From: a virus
Lineage: Duplodnaviria; Caudoviricetes
IMG/VR virus record: IMGVR_UViG_3300048881_000780
Direction: 5' to 3' (one strand)
DNA length: 64,000 nucleotides
Part shown: one piece after another, positions 1 to 9,992 of the stretch
How positions within the stretch are numbered: position 1 is the first letter of the stretch
Layout: each line of letters opens with the position of its first letter
Notes under the pieces: generated by a model
What the model saw: only the letters and a program-made list of their open reading frames with translations
Database searches by the model: none
What the model was told of the DNA's origin: nothing
Translations under genes and position numbers: made by a program

Positions 1-2106
1 TATTTCTGGAGGTCTATTTAGAATATTAACACTTGCTGTATATGGACCAGATTCTCTTCCATCACTATCAGAAACCATAAAATCAAAAGAGTCTGGCTCA
101 ACTGGAGTTTTAATCATTGGCCCACTTGGGTAATAAGTATAAGAATCCGTAATTTCATTATAAGTTAGATCACCTAGTCTAGGTGGTGAAACTATAGTAA
201 CAGTTGTTTGGGTTTCTTCTGGATCACTTCTTTCTATAGTGAAGGTTTTTGAAGACCCTGAAAGTAATTCAATAGCAAAGTCTTCAGATATTGGTTTTCT
301 ATTTTTTATACTTAATTTGATAGTTACTAAATCACTAGTATTGTGACCATCAAATAGTCTTAAAGTAAATTCATCTTCATAGTTTGAATTCTGATACTCT
401 GGCAAATATGAAATTTCAACTCCAGTACTAAATGGATAGCGACCAAGTCCTTCTCTAGTTAGAATCAATGGCCCTTTAGTAGTTGGTGAAACTATGAACA
501 CCTTCATGTCATCAGGAAAGGAATCTGCGTCACTATAATTTAAAGTGAAAACAAATGGTTCGTTATCAATATTAGAAGGTACCTCGATTAATTGATTAAT
601 GGCGATACTCGGGGCGACTGAAGTGATCTCATATGTAACAGTTGCTACATTTGAGTATAGTTCACCGTCTGTACATCTATAAGTATAAGTTACAACCCCT
701 ACGTCATTAGGAGCGGCCTCAAAGGTTGCTAATCTGTTATCTAGAGACTTAAACCTCACTAATCCTCTTTGTGGATTATCAACGATTGAGTAGCTCATTG
801 AAGTATTTTCAGGGTCACTACAAAGCAAGATTGCATCATCAAAACTATTTGAACTAATCGTCTTTGATATATCTTGGGCCACTGGAGCCCTATTTTGAAT
901 CAATATCGGAACTTCATATTCATCTGTTTGCCAAGACCCATCATCAACTTTAAATCTAAAGAAGTCATAACCTGTGTAATTTCCTTCAGGTGAAAACGTG
1001 AATATCCCATCTCCAGTTAAAGTTAACCTCCCATTTTCTGGCATTTTAGTGATAACAAAATTTAGATCTTCATAATTTGTCTCTTGATCAGTAACATCTA
1101 AAACAAAGTTTAAATCTTCTCGAGACAAAGTCGAAAGAGCTTTTTGTTTATACTCTGGCCCAGTGTTAACAACATTTACATATGCCAATCTTAATGGAGA
1201 AGTTACTCCTTGATTATTAGTCACTCTATAAGAAAATTGATCAATACCAACAAATCTACCCAGAGGCCTATAATTATAATCTCCAATTGATCTTCCATCA
1301 TCCTCTTCGATACTTAGGAGATCTCCACTTGGTGAAGAGCTTACTATATCGATCTTAGTTTTATTTCCGACTTGAGAACCTAGAATGATATCAATCGAAC
1401 TTCCGGCACTAACTTCAAAGAAATCATAACTTCCATCAACACTTGGTCCAATAACTTTAAAGACAATTGAAGCGCTCGAGCTTGATTTCCCATCGGAAAC
1501 AGTAAAACTGATACCATCTCGACCTAAGAAACCAGGGTTTGGGAAATACCTAAAATACTCCGGACTTAACATTTCTACTGTACCATTATTGGGCATTGAG
1601 ATTATTGTTGTCGTTAATAGACTATTGGGATCACTTTCATCATTTAACGGGAATTTAATAGTATTTGGAGAGTCTGCTCTAACAAAGACTTCAACTGAAT
1701 TTGTACTAGGTGCAATATTTACCACACTTAAATCAATCACTCCTTCTAAATCTCCCTCGATCACAGTATTTTCTGGGTCAATATTGACTAGTCTATAACT
1801 AAATGAGTCTTCTCCAACAAAGCTTGCTCTTGGTCGATATTGAAATTTATTTGATATTAAATGTAATTCTCCATTTTGAGGATCAGTTGTTATCTCGATA
1901 TCGACACCAGCGACCATTGCTAACTCAGAAAGTCTATTTAGATCTATATTGTGATCATGAACGAGCTCCACTCTATATGATATGGCATCTATTTTTATAG
2001 ATTTCTTTAAAATAGTTTTGGTGTCAGGAATATTAACGACTTCAGAACTCTTTGAACAAGCTCCTAAAAACAAAGACAAAATAATACAAATAATGGCCAC
2101 TCTCAC
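1..2106 (-). CDS. Large lipoprotein adhesin with tandem cadherin-like/Ig-like repeats (runs off the window start; absent from the ORF track)
   Basis: Hand-translated: AGGAG SD, then GTG at 2106 giving MRVAIICIILSLFLGAC (lipobox). The same frame is open at position 1 (...SGPYTASVNILNRPPEI). Repeated cadherin-like motifs NRAPVA/NRPP, DSFDFMVSD, DFFRFKVDDG, DGISFTVSDG. Confidence 0.85.
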   Translation of the reverse strand, partial: MRVAIICIILSLFLGACSKSSEVVNIPDTKTILKKSIKIDAISYRVELVHDHNIDLNRLSELAMVAGVDIEITTDPQNGELHLISNKFQYRPRASFVGEDSFSYRLVNIDPENTVIEGDLEGVIDLSVVNIAPSTNSVEVFVRADSPNTIKFPLNDESDPNSLLTTTIISMPNNGTVEMLSPEYFRYFPNPGFLGRDGISFTVSDGKSSSSASIVFKVIGPSVDGSYDFFEVSAGSSIDIILGSQVGNKTKIDIVSSSPSGDLLSIEEDDGRSIGDYNYRPLGRFVGIDQFSYRVTNNQGVTSPLRLAYVNVVNTGPEYKQKALSTLSREDLNFVLDVTDQETNYEDLNFVITKMPENGRLTLTGDGIFTFSPEGNYTGYDFFRFKVDDGSWQTDEYEVPILIQNRAPVAQDISKTISSNSFDDAILLCSDPENTSMSYSIVDNPQRGLVRFKSLDNRLATFEAAPNDVGVVTYTYRCTDGELYSNVATVTYEITSVAPSIAINQLIEVPSNIDNEPFVFTLNYSDADSFPDDMKVFIVSPTTKGPLILTREGLGRYPFSTGVEISYLPEYQNSNYEDEFTLRLFDGHNTSDLVTIKLSIKNRKPISEDFAIELLSGSSKTFTIERSDPEETQTTVTIVSPPRLGDLTYNEITDSYTYYPSGPMIKTPVEPDSFDFMVSDSDGRESGPYTASVNILNRPPEI

Positions 2107-2123
2107 AGCATCTCCTATATATA

Positions 2124-2131
2124 TTATTATA
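2124..2131 (-). promoter_or_regulatory. Class II promoter motif variant (TATAATAA) upstream of the adhesin
   Basis: Minus strand reads TCTAATAATT-TATAATAA, then the SD. Confidence 0.4.
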
Positions 2132-2185
2132 AATTATTAGAAGGTGCTATTAATGGGTAAGATCTAGAATATTTCTCTTTAATTT

Positions 2186-2605
2186 CTAGTACTTAATGAT
2201 CTCTTCTTCACTTGTTAGACTACTTGTCCCGTCACCTTCGAACTCTTCTAACTTTTGTGCGAATTCAACATAGTTCATGGGATAGTTTTGATTATCAATT
2301 ATTAACATATTTAAAAGAGATACGAGGGCCCCGATTGCGAGAATTACATAGTAGTAGATAGAGTGAGTAATTAAAACCCAGAGAACTACCTGGATAGAGA
2401 ATAGAGTAATAATAAAACGAATTCCCTTAGCTTTTAAATATCTCGCATAGTCTAATTTTAAATTATAACGCCTAATCTTTATAATGAGCTCTGCAATATA
2501 GAATATATTAAAAAAAGGTCCTCCCAATATGTTGAAAAAATTTAAACATATTAATAAAGTAAGAACCACTTTATTAGACCCTTTAAAGAATTTTTCAATA
2601 TCCAT
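2186..2605 (-). CDS. Hypothetical membrane protein (about 4 TM segments)
   Basis: 139 aa, hydrophobic segments, AGGAG SD. Confidence 0.75.
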   Translation of the reverse strand: MDIEKFFKGSNKVVLTLLICLNFFNILGGPFFNIFYIAELIIKIRRYNLKLDYARYLKAKGIRFIITLFSIQVVLWVLITHSIYYYVILAIGALVSLLNMLIIDNQNYPMNYVEFAQKLEEFEGDGTSSLTSEEEIIKY

Positions 2606-2622
2606 ATAATACTCCTAATATA

Positions 2623-2665
2623 TGAGCATCACAGTAGGCACGACTATTTATTACTGTGATGCTCA
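2623..2665. repeat. Perfect 14-bp inverted repeat (hairpin) between clp and the downstream gene
   Basis: TGAGCATCACAGTA-15 nt-TACTGTGATGCTCA; no U-tract, directly before the next SD. Confidence 0.8.
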
Positions 2666-2678
2666 ATAAACCTATAAC

Positions 2679-5468
2679 TTAAACAGCTACAGGTTCACCT
2701 TTTTGTTTTTTATTATTCTTTCTAACTGGTCTAGTTGGGTTATTCTCTACAATTTGAATAGTTCCATCTTTAGTAACTTTACTTTTAATAATCTTAACAC
2801 CTGGATTCGTGGCGATAAATTTTGCCACAGGCATCAGAAGATTCTTTTCAATTACTTTAGATATTGGTCTAGCTCCCATCTTCTCATCATAATTAATGCT
2901 AGCAAGTTGTAATAAAGACTTATTATCTACATTAAGAATTATCTCAGACTCTTTAAGAAGTTCGCAGTTTTCAGACACTTGCTTTTTTACAATCTCAAAG
3001 TAGACATCTTTAGAGATGGCATTAAAAGAAAGAATTGAGAAGAATCTATTTCTAAATTCTGGCGAAAATACTTCATTTAACCCCTCTTTAGAGACAGTTG
3101 GTTTTGATACACTCTCACTTTTTACGAGACCAACCTTTTTATTTGAGTCCACAACAGCGCATCCAGCATTAGTAGTCATTAGAATTACTATATTTTTACA
3201 ACAAATTTCATCCCCTCTTCCATCAACGAATGATCCGTTATCTAGAACCTGTAAGAATATATTAAAAACTTCAGGAGTTGATTTCTCTAATTCGTCGATT
3301 AATATAACAGAGTATGGATTCTCTTTAATGCAATTACTTAAAACCCCACCATCATCGCTACCGTGAAATCCTTTAGTAGAACCAATCAGTTTAGTTACCC
3401 CCATCTCTCCTTTATATTCGGACATATTGAAGTTATATAGTGGGATATTCATATACTCCGCTACTTTCTTTGCCATCTCGGTTTTACCAACACCAGTTGG
3501 TCCCTGACACAGAAAGCTCAGAGGTCTATCATCATTTTTACAAAGAGGTGAATTTCTAAAGGTAATAGCATCACAAACTTCATTAATGGCCTCATCTTGA
3601 CCGATAACACATTTTTTTAATTGATCATTAAATTGAGTTAAATCGTTTGAAGTTTTCTCTTTGTTAATATTAGAGATATTACTCATATTGGAAACTACCT
3701 CATATAGCATTTCAATCTGAGTCGACTCTCTTTTTGAGAGTTTAATTCTAGAACAAAGCTCATCTAAGATATCAATTGAGATATCAGGGTTACATCTAGA
3801 AGGAATATATCTAGTTGCCAAATCTACCATAATGGAAAGTAACTCTTTTTCTACTTCTACATTATGGTACTTTTCATAAATTGGAAGAATACTCTTTAGA
3901 ACTTTAATAGTTCCGTCTTTAGATAATTCTTTAATATCGGTCTTCTTAAATCTTCTAGCAAAGGCCTTGTCTGGTTGAATAAATTCATTATATTCAGCGT
4001 AAGTTGTGGCACCAATAATAGAAAAATCATTCTTTGATAGCAGAGGCTTTAATTGGTTACCTATTGTCATTCCTGTAGAAGGATCTCCTCCCTTTACAAT
4101 TTGATGAAATTCATCGACAAATAGAATAACTTTTTTCTCAGAATCTTTAGATAATCTTGCTAATTCTGAAAATAAATCCTTAACTCTTTGCTCCAAATCT
4201 CCTCTAAATTTTGTTCCGGCCAATAAATCACTTGTGGACAGAGAAAAGAGATAGGCCCCTTTAAGATTATCACTTAATAGCCCATCCTTAATTTTAATTG
4301 CTAAGTCTTCAGCAATAGCACTTTTTCCGACACCAGGTCGACCTATTAATATAGGGTGATTCTTTTGCTTTCTCGATAAAGTATATACTACACTTTGAAC
4401 TTCATTTTCTCTTGATATAGCGGGAGATAGTTCCCCTCTAGATGCTTCGTCAATTAAATCCCGACAAAGAGTAGCTATAGTTTTATACTTTCTTAGAGAA
4501 TTTCTTCTCTTTTGTTCTTTGTGTTCCGATAAACTAGTTACATTATCTCTAGCAACTTCGGTTGCTGTTGTTACTGAAGTACGCTCATTTGTGACAAAAG
4601 CATTAGCAATAGTTAAAAAATTTAAAATATCATCTAATTGTTCGTGTGTTAGTGAATAAAAAATTTCTGTAACATTTTCTTTAAAAAATAGAAAAACAGT
4701 TGAAGCAATACAAGCATTTTCAATTAGACCTCTTTCATTAAATATATCCCAAATACTAGTATATGGAATTTTTAAATTAGGCGCCCCACTACAGGCATCA
4801 ATGGCCAACTGGGCACTAACACCAACAGGTGGATTGTAGAAATTTAGATATTGATAAACCGGATGAGATACAATATGAACCATAAAATCTGATAGGTACA
4901 CATATCTAGACTCTACATTATCTTCATCTTCATCGAGATCGGTGTGAACCAAATCTTTAAGAATATACATAAATTGATTATGATCAGCATAGCTATTAGC
5001 GATGTGAAAAACTGGATCATTATTATGAATTTCATGCAAACAAACAAATCTATTAATTTGTTTTAAAAGAAGTGGGTTAACATCAAGCCTGCTTTCATAA
5101 AAGAGGATACACGTTAAGAATAGGATAATCTCTTCTTTATCGTTTACAAACTCTCTTTCTTTTAAAACGTTGTCGTAAAAATCTCTTTCATTTATAATAT
5201 GATAGACAACTTCACTACATCTAGGAGAACTGGGGTCATCTTTATTGACTCTCTTAGTGTAAAGAGAATCATCAACTATAGTCTCACTAGCTTTTCCCAC
5301 CATAGAAAGTAGATCATTATACATTCTTAAATAAAATGAACTTTGAAATATATTAAAAAGAGATTTAGATGTTAAAAAATGTCTAACAAAGTTTTCATCT
5401 GTTATAACATCTTTATTGCTATTGCTCAAAAGCCTTGCAAACTCTTTTTTTAATACTTCTGTTTTCAT
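2679..5468 (-). CDS. clpA: ClpA/ClpB-family AAA+ ATPase with an unrecognised N-terminal domain of about 330 aa
   Basis: NBD1 GRPGVGKS/VDEFH/GATT; NBD2 GPTGVGKT/IDELEK/GARP; no long ClpB M-domain; VGL at the IGF-loop position. Confidence 0.9.
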   Translation of the reverse strand: MKTEVLKKEFARLLSNSNKDVITDENFVRHFLTSKSLFNIFQSSFYLRMYNDLLSMVGKASETIVDDSLYTKRVNKDDPSSPRCSEVVYHIINERDFYDNVLKEREFVNDKEEIILFLTCILFYESRLDVNPLLLKQINRFVCLHEIHNNDPVFHIANSYADHNQFMYILKDLVHTDLDEDEDNVESRYVYLSDFMVHIVSHPVYQYLNFYNPPVGVSAQLAIDACSGAPNLKIPYTSIWDIFNERGLIENACIASTVFLFFKENVTEIFYSLTHEQLDDILNFLTIANAFVTNERTSVTTATEVARDNVTSLSEHKEQKRRNSLRKYKTIATLCRDLIDEASRGELSPAISRENEVQSVVYTLSRKQKNHPILIGRPGVGKSAIAEDLAIKIKDGLLSDNLKGAYLFSLSTSDLLAGTKFRGDLEQRVKDLFSELARLSKDSEKKVILFVDEFHQIVKGGDPSTGMTIGNQLKPLLSKNDFSIIGATTYAEYNEFIQPDKAFARRFKKTDIKELSKDGTIKVLKSILPIYEKYHNVEVEKELLSIMVDLATRYIPSRCNPDISIDILDELCSRIKLSKRESTQIEMLYEVVSNMSNISNINKEKTSNDLTQFNDQLKKCVIGQDEAINEVCDAITFRNSPLCKNDDRPLSFLCQGPTGVGKTEMAKKVAEYMNIPLYNFNMSEYKGEMGVTKLIGSTKGFHGSDDGGVLSNCIKENPYSVILIDELEKSTPEVFNIFLQVLDNGSFVDGRGDEICCKNIVILMTTNAGCAVVDSNKKVGLVKSESVSKPTVSKEGLNEVFSPEFRNRFFSILSFNAISKDVYFEIVKKQVSENCELLKESEIILNVDNKSLLQLASINYDEKMGARPISKVIEKNLLMPVAKFIATNPGVKIIKSKVTKDGTIQIVENNPTRPVRKNNKKQKGEPVAV

Positions 5469-5538
5469 TAAATTCCCTTTCTGTGCGTATGTGTGTTACA
5501 TATAGAGTACAACCCATACTGCACTTGGTCAAGAATAT

Positions 5539-5553
5539 TAACACTAAGTGTTA
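5539..5553. promoter_or_regulatory. Palindromic operator TAACRY-N3-RYGTTA upstream of clp
   Basis: TAACACTAAGTGTTA. Confidence 0.8.
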
Positions 5554-5688
5554 AGAAATGTATCGGCTAACACACCGTATTTATTTAGGCTTTTATACTT
5601 TTTTTAGGTCTTTTTAGTAGACGACGTAAATGAATAGTTACATTACGATATTCTTTTGAAGTGATTTACCAGCTCTTTATAAGGTAGT

Positions 5689-6165
5689 TTAATTAGAATG
5701 ATTTATTAAAGTTTGATCAAAATAATAAAAGGCCTTGTCCATATAATTTAAAGATCTAGATTCTTGTATTACTTTCTCTAAAACAGACCCTTTAAAGCAT
5801 TTGCAAAAGACAATTTTTCTTAATTGTTTAACATTAAATTTAGATATTATCGCCAAAGTGATGGTATGGATAATTTCCTTTTCATCTTCGCTAAGGAGAT
5901 TAAAGGAAGTTGGTATATAATTTGTTATTTTTTTTAATTCATACTGGTCGTATTCATCCCAAAAGATCTCACTAAAAATTATGTTATTTTGGTATACCTC
6001 TGGATGATTGTGTAAGCGAATTCTTTTTAATTCATTATTTTTAAAACTGACCATTTGTAGAACTATCAGAGCACCCATTAACTCAAAAGCATTAATATAG
6101 ATTTCATTTTCAATGAATATTTTCAATACTTCGTTTTTAATTTGTGCATCTTTTGTATTAATCAT
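5689..6165 (-). CDS. Hypothetical protein
   Basis: 158 aa ORF co-oriented with recA and the helicase. Confidence 0.7.
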   Translation of the reverse strand: MINTKDAQIKNEVLKIFIENEIYINAFELMGALIVLQMVSFKNNELKRIRLHNHPEVYQNNIIFSEIFWDEYDQYELKKITNYIPTSFNLLSEDEKEIIHTITLAIISKFNVKQLRKIVFCKCFKGSVLEKVIQESRSLNYMDKAFYYFDQTLINHSN

Positions 6166-6184
6166 ATACCCACATTAAACCTTA

Positions 6185-7924
6185 TTATCTCAGACCGCCG
6201 ATCTTCTGCCAGGCTTTTTCGACATAACTAACTGTCTTGTCTTTTTCATAGTATTCTTCAAATAACTTTTTTCTTAAATACGAGTGCTCTCTTAATTTGT
6301 CATGAAACCAATCATTCATATCGTGAACTTGAAACAAGAATCTCTTACAGAATTCATTTACTCTTAATCCACGACCAATTCTTTGAAGCATTCTTATAGG
6401 AGACTTTCTTGTATCAACTAGAAAAACATCTGTTATATTTTGCATGTCGGTACCCTCACCAATGGCCATCGTTCCAACAACAATTGCGGGTCTCTCTCCT
6501 TCACTAGCTGAGAGTTCTCGCTCTCTTCTCTCTTTTTTTGAAACTCCTCCATGTATCACATAATAATCAAAATCCGGAGAGTTCATCTCTTCTAATTTCT
6601 TTTCAAAGTAAAAACAATGGGCCTCTTCTGTCATAGCGAGAAAGATTCTTCGACCTTGGGCCATTAACTCGAAACACTTATCTAAGATAAAATCATTTCT
6701 GGCCTCATTGGCAATAATACCAACTGACATAATAACATTGAAGTCCTTTTCCTTATACTTAGAAAGTCTCTTACCGGATTCATCTCTTCTTAGATCTTGT
6801 AACCAGTAATTCTTTCCACCGACTATGCAACCAGGTGTTTCGTATTGCTTATAAATAGGCCTTTGAACAGTACCTCTTTTCATACTCTCTTGTGGTTTAA
6901 TTTCATAAATTAAACTCTTGCCGATCGCCGCACATAATAGTTCCATTTGGGCCTTAGACTCTTTAAATGGCGTCGCTGAAAGCGCAAATCTATAGTACGC
7001 ATTACTCATCTCTCTCGTGGCCTCTAAAATAGTGTCACATGAGGCCCAGTGGGCTTCATCAATGATTAAACAACCAACTGACTGTAAATAATCGTATGAA
7101 AGTCCCGGTAGAGATTGAAAACAAACAACACTTACAGCGGGATAGGAACTAGCATTCTTTTTTCCGCGAATTAATCCTTTGTCACTATCTTGGGTTTTTC
7201 TATATTTTCCAAATTCAAGAGTCATCCCCTTGGCCGCAAGAATTTGTTCAGATAGAGATTGGGAACTAAAATCCTCTTCTCTCTTATTGCTTTGATTTTT
7301 CTTATATTCAATAGCTTCCTTTAAAGTAACTCCCGATCCTTCAGACTTTGGAGGTGACTTAGAAACCATACTAGGTCCAAAATATTGGCATAGTTTTTTA
7401 TAAAGTCCATTTTGAACGGATGTATTAGGAACTACTATTAGAGTAGTTTTTGAGTATTTTTGAACTAATCTAGCGATGAGATAACTCTTTCCCTCACCAG
7501 TCATTGCGCAAAATAGACCCCTATGAATAATGAGATCTAACATTTCATCAATCTCATCGAGTTTTGCAAGAGCTTCCTCTTGCCACTCCCTTGGTTCTTC
7601 GAATTTTCCATCAGAAAAAGAATGCTTATCTAAGACATCTGCAAAATACTCATCAAAATCTGCTTCAATCTCTAATTCCTCACCTCTTTTGTCATAGATC
7701 TCAGAGAGTCTCTCATCCAATCTCGTTAGATATGGTGTTGGAAAACTTAAAAAGTTCTCCCCCTCTTTTCGCAGAAGATTCACTCTCTTTTTAATTTCTC
7801 TTCTACCATTTATATAGTTGTACTCTGTGATCACCAGGCAATCTTTAATAAGGGCCCTCTCTTCATTAGAGAGGGTCTTATTATCGATTAAACAAATATG
7901 AGGTTTAACAACTAGTGAGATCAA
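6185..7924 (-). CDS. SF2 DEAH helicase (UvsW/XPB-like)
   Basis: Q-motif PREWQ, TGEGKS, DEAH, SAT, QRIGRGLR. Confidence 0.9.
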   Translation of the reverse strand: MISLVVKPHICLIDNKTLSNEERALIKDCLVITEYNYINGRREIKKRVNLLRKEGENFLSFPTPYLTRLDERLSEIYDKRGEELEIEADFDEYFADVLDKHSFSDGKFEEPREWQEEALAKLDEIDEMLDLIIHRGLFCAMTGEGKSYLIARLVQKYSKTTLIVVPNTSVQNGLYKKLCQYFGPSMVSKSPPKSEGSGVTLKEAIEYKKNQSNKREEDFSSQSLSEQILAAKGMTLEFGKYRKTQDSDKGLIRGKKNASSYPAVSVVCFQSLPGLSYDYLQSVGCLIIDEAHWASCDTILEATREMSNAYYRFALSATPFKESKAQMELLCAAIGKSLIYEIKPQESMKRGTVQRPIYKQYETPGCIVGGKNYWLQDLRRDESGKRLSKYKEKDFNVIMSVGIIANEARNDFILDKCFELMAQGRRIFLAMTEEAHCFYFEKKLEEMNSPDFDYYVIHGGVSKKERRERELSASEGERPAIVVGTMAIGEGTDMQNITDVFLVDTRKSPIRMLQRIGRGLRVNEFCKRFLFQVHDMNDWFHDKLREHSYLRKKLFEEYYEKDKTVSYVEKAWQKIGGLR

Positions 7925-7933
7925 GAATATCTC

Positions 7934-9214
7934 TTAAGCTGACTCAGGAAGATTATCTAAATCTTCAGCTGATAGATCTTCATCTTCGTCTTCAGTATTA
8001 GCATTAATACTAGAAATTCGAGTTCCGCTATCATACATTTTAATAGCTTCTTCTTTTAGACCAGCAAAATCAGTTCCGTTAACTAGATTTGCTCTGGTTT
8101 TACCATCTTCAATGGCTTTTCTTTTGATTTCTACTTTTTGAAGTTCAAAGTAAACAATACTCTTATAGTATAGCTCTTGAAATAATTCAGGAAGCTCTCT
8201 TAAAGAAGTTTCAAGCTGACCAACTCCGTGCCACTTGTGAAGAGTTCCGTTCTTATCTGTATATTGCCATCTCTTATTAGAAGTCTCTTCAATAACTCCA
8301 AGAGGTAAGAGAGCGTTGTGAATAATATCGTGAAAACGACAGAAACCAGCACCTAAGATAAGCTTCATAGTTACGGATCTTGCTAGACCCATTCTATTTT
8401 TTTCTGGAACAATTTCAGTATATCTTCCAATTGAATTTCCATTTTCATCTAAAATCTGTTTGTCCTTGGCCATACTCTTTTTAACTTTTGCTCTAACGGA
8501 AGTATAGAACTCAGTTGCGTTACCACCTGTTGATTTATCAGGAGCTCCATAGCCACCAATATTTGTTCTAGCTTGATTTACAACAATCATCGTGGCGCCA
8601 CTCTTGCCAAGTCTAGCGGTTAAGATTTGCCACATCTTAGAAATTAATCTTGCTTGAGATCCCATTTCATGATCTTCAGCACTACCATCTCTCATTTTCT
8701 TTGGAGTTAAGTTCTTCATACTATCAACGATAATAAAATCAATTGCTCCCGCATCTAGCGCCTGCGCAACTGTATCAATTCCCTCTTCACCATCAGCTGG
8801 TTGAAAAATTTGAAATAGACCCGATTCAACATCGATTCCAAGACTAGTTGCGTAGTCTTTATTAATAGCGTATTCCGTATCAACATAGAGAACAGTCTTT
8901 CCCTTTTTTACAAAAGAAGCAGAATAGATCATGCCAATAGTTGATTTAGATCCACCAGACGGACCCCAAAACTCTGAAATTCTACCAATAGGTAATCCAC
9001 CCGCTGCCATTAATCCATAATCAAGGCCAAGAAAACCAGAAGGCATCACTTCTTGCTCCTTTAATTTGGTAAAAGAAGACTCTAATTCTCCATTAAATTT
9101 AGAAGATTTTTCTAGTGACTTAAAGAAGTTAGCAAATAACTCTTTTTTGTTATTTTTAACTTCTTTAGTATCAGATTTTTTCTTTGTTTTTGCTTTAGTT
9201 TTTTTAATGGCCAT
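7934..9214 (-). CDS. recA: Divergent RecA/UvsX recombinase
   Basis: GGLPIGRISEFWGP, YVDTE, IVDS, MGSQARL, NQ.R, GGNA.EFY.SVR, KN motifs. Confidence 0.93.
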   Translation of the reverse strand: MAIKKTKAKTKKKSDTKEVKNNKKELFANFFKSLEKSSKFNGELESSFTKLKEQEVMPSGFLGLDYGLMAAGGLPIGRISEFWGPSGGSKSTIGMIYSASFVKKGKTVLYVDTEYAINKDYATSLGIDVESGLFQIFQPADGEEGIDTVAQALDAGAIDFIIVDSMKNLTPKKMRDGSAEDHEMGSQARLISKMWQILTARLGKSGATMIVVNQARTNIGGYGAPDKSTGGNATEFYTSVRAKVKKSMAKDKQILDENGNSIGRYTEIVPEKNRMGLARSVTMKLILGAGFCRFHDIIHNALLPLGVIEETSNKRWQYTDKNGTLHKWHGVGQLETSLRELPELFQELYYKSIVYFELQKVEIKRKAIEDGKTRANLVNGTDFAGLKEEAIKMYDSGTRISSINANTEDEDEDLSAEDLDNLPESA

Positions 9215-9236
9215 AGCGCCCTCCTTTTTTAAATAA

Positions 9237-9251
9237 TAACACCTAGTGTTA
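9237..9251. promoter_or_regulatory. Palindromic operator overlapping the recA -10
   Basis: TAACACCTAGTGTTA; on the minus strand GTTA runs into TATTAT. Confidence 0.8.
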
Positions 9252-9461
9252 ACTATTCCACTTTATTAATTTAGATTTCTTTAATCTAATTAAATTATCG
9301 CTTATTTTTCAGTGTCTTAAGAATGCTAAATTACCCATTTAACAGGTTAAAAAGGGTGAATATCTGCCAAAGAGAGTTTAGTCTGAGGGGAATTATTGAG
9401 AAAACAGATATTTAGCATAGAGAAGATCTATTCATAGTTAAATATCATTACTTGAGATTTT

Positions 9462-9476
9462 TGACAGGACATGTTA
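9462..9476. promoter_or_regulatory. Operator variant upstream of ORF 9499
   Basis: TGACAGGACATGTTA running into TAATAT. Confidence 0.55.
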
Positions 9477-9498
9477 ATATATCAAAAAGGAGTTTTAC

Positions 9499-9978
9499 AT
9501 GAAGTATATCATAGTCTTTTTATTAGTGCTTAATTCTTGGAGTTTTCCCACTCCTGACAAAGTTGAAGAAAAATTAATTTGTAAAAATGGAACTTGTAAA
9601 AAAGAAGTTGAATTCACTAAAAATCAGGCCAGCGTCTATGATGTTGACGATATAATTTATCAAACTGAGAAATATCCAAATTATATGTGCTTCTTTTCTC
9701 CTAATTCCAATAATGTATACTATCAAATTAGATATATTCACAAATATCAACAAACCTACCGAAAACCTGATTTATACTATGCTATAATTAAAGATAGAAA
9801 TACCATCATTCTAAAGAGAACTGATTATTACAAGAATGAGAAGTTTTCTGGATATTTTCTAGATTGCAAGGAAACTCCTTTTGCAAGATGGGAAAAGGAA
9901 ATTGAGAGAACTCTAAGAGGAACGAAGAAAACGACAGTTGGTAGATTTACAATTATTCACGATCGTAAATTTTATTAA
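9499..9978 (+). CDS. Secreted hypothetical protein
   Basis: N-terminal signal peptide, AGGAG SD. Confidence 0.75.
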   Translation: MKYIIVFLLVLNSWSFPTPDKVEEKLICKNGTCKKEVEFTKNQASVYDVDDIIYQTEKYPNYMCFFSPNSNNVYYQIRYIHKYQQTYRKPDLYYAIIKDRNTIILKRTDYYKNEKFSGYFLDCKETPFARWEKEIERTLRGTKKTTVGRFTIIHDRKFY

Positions 9979-9992
9979 AATAGGAAGTTATT

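Noticed and set aside
1589-3366. Plus-strand ORFs 1589, 1803, 2703, 3016
   Set aside because: Antisense shadows of the adhesin and clp genes.
5539-9251. Identifying the palindrome as a known LexA SOS box
   Set aside because: It does not match the boxes I know reliably (CTGT-N8-ACAG, GAAC-N4-GTTC, GTTC-N7-GTTC), and no lexA gene is in the window; left unassigned.
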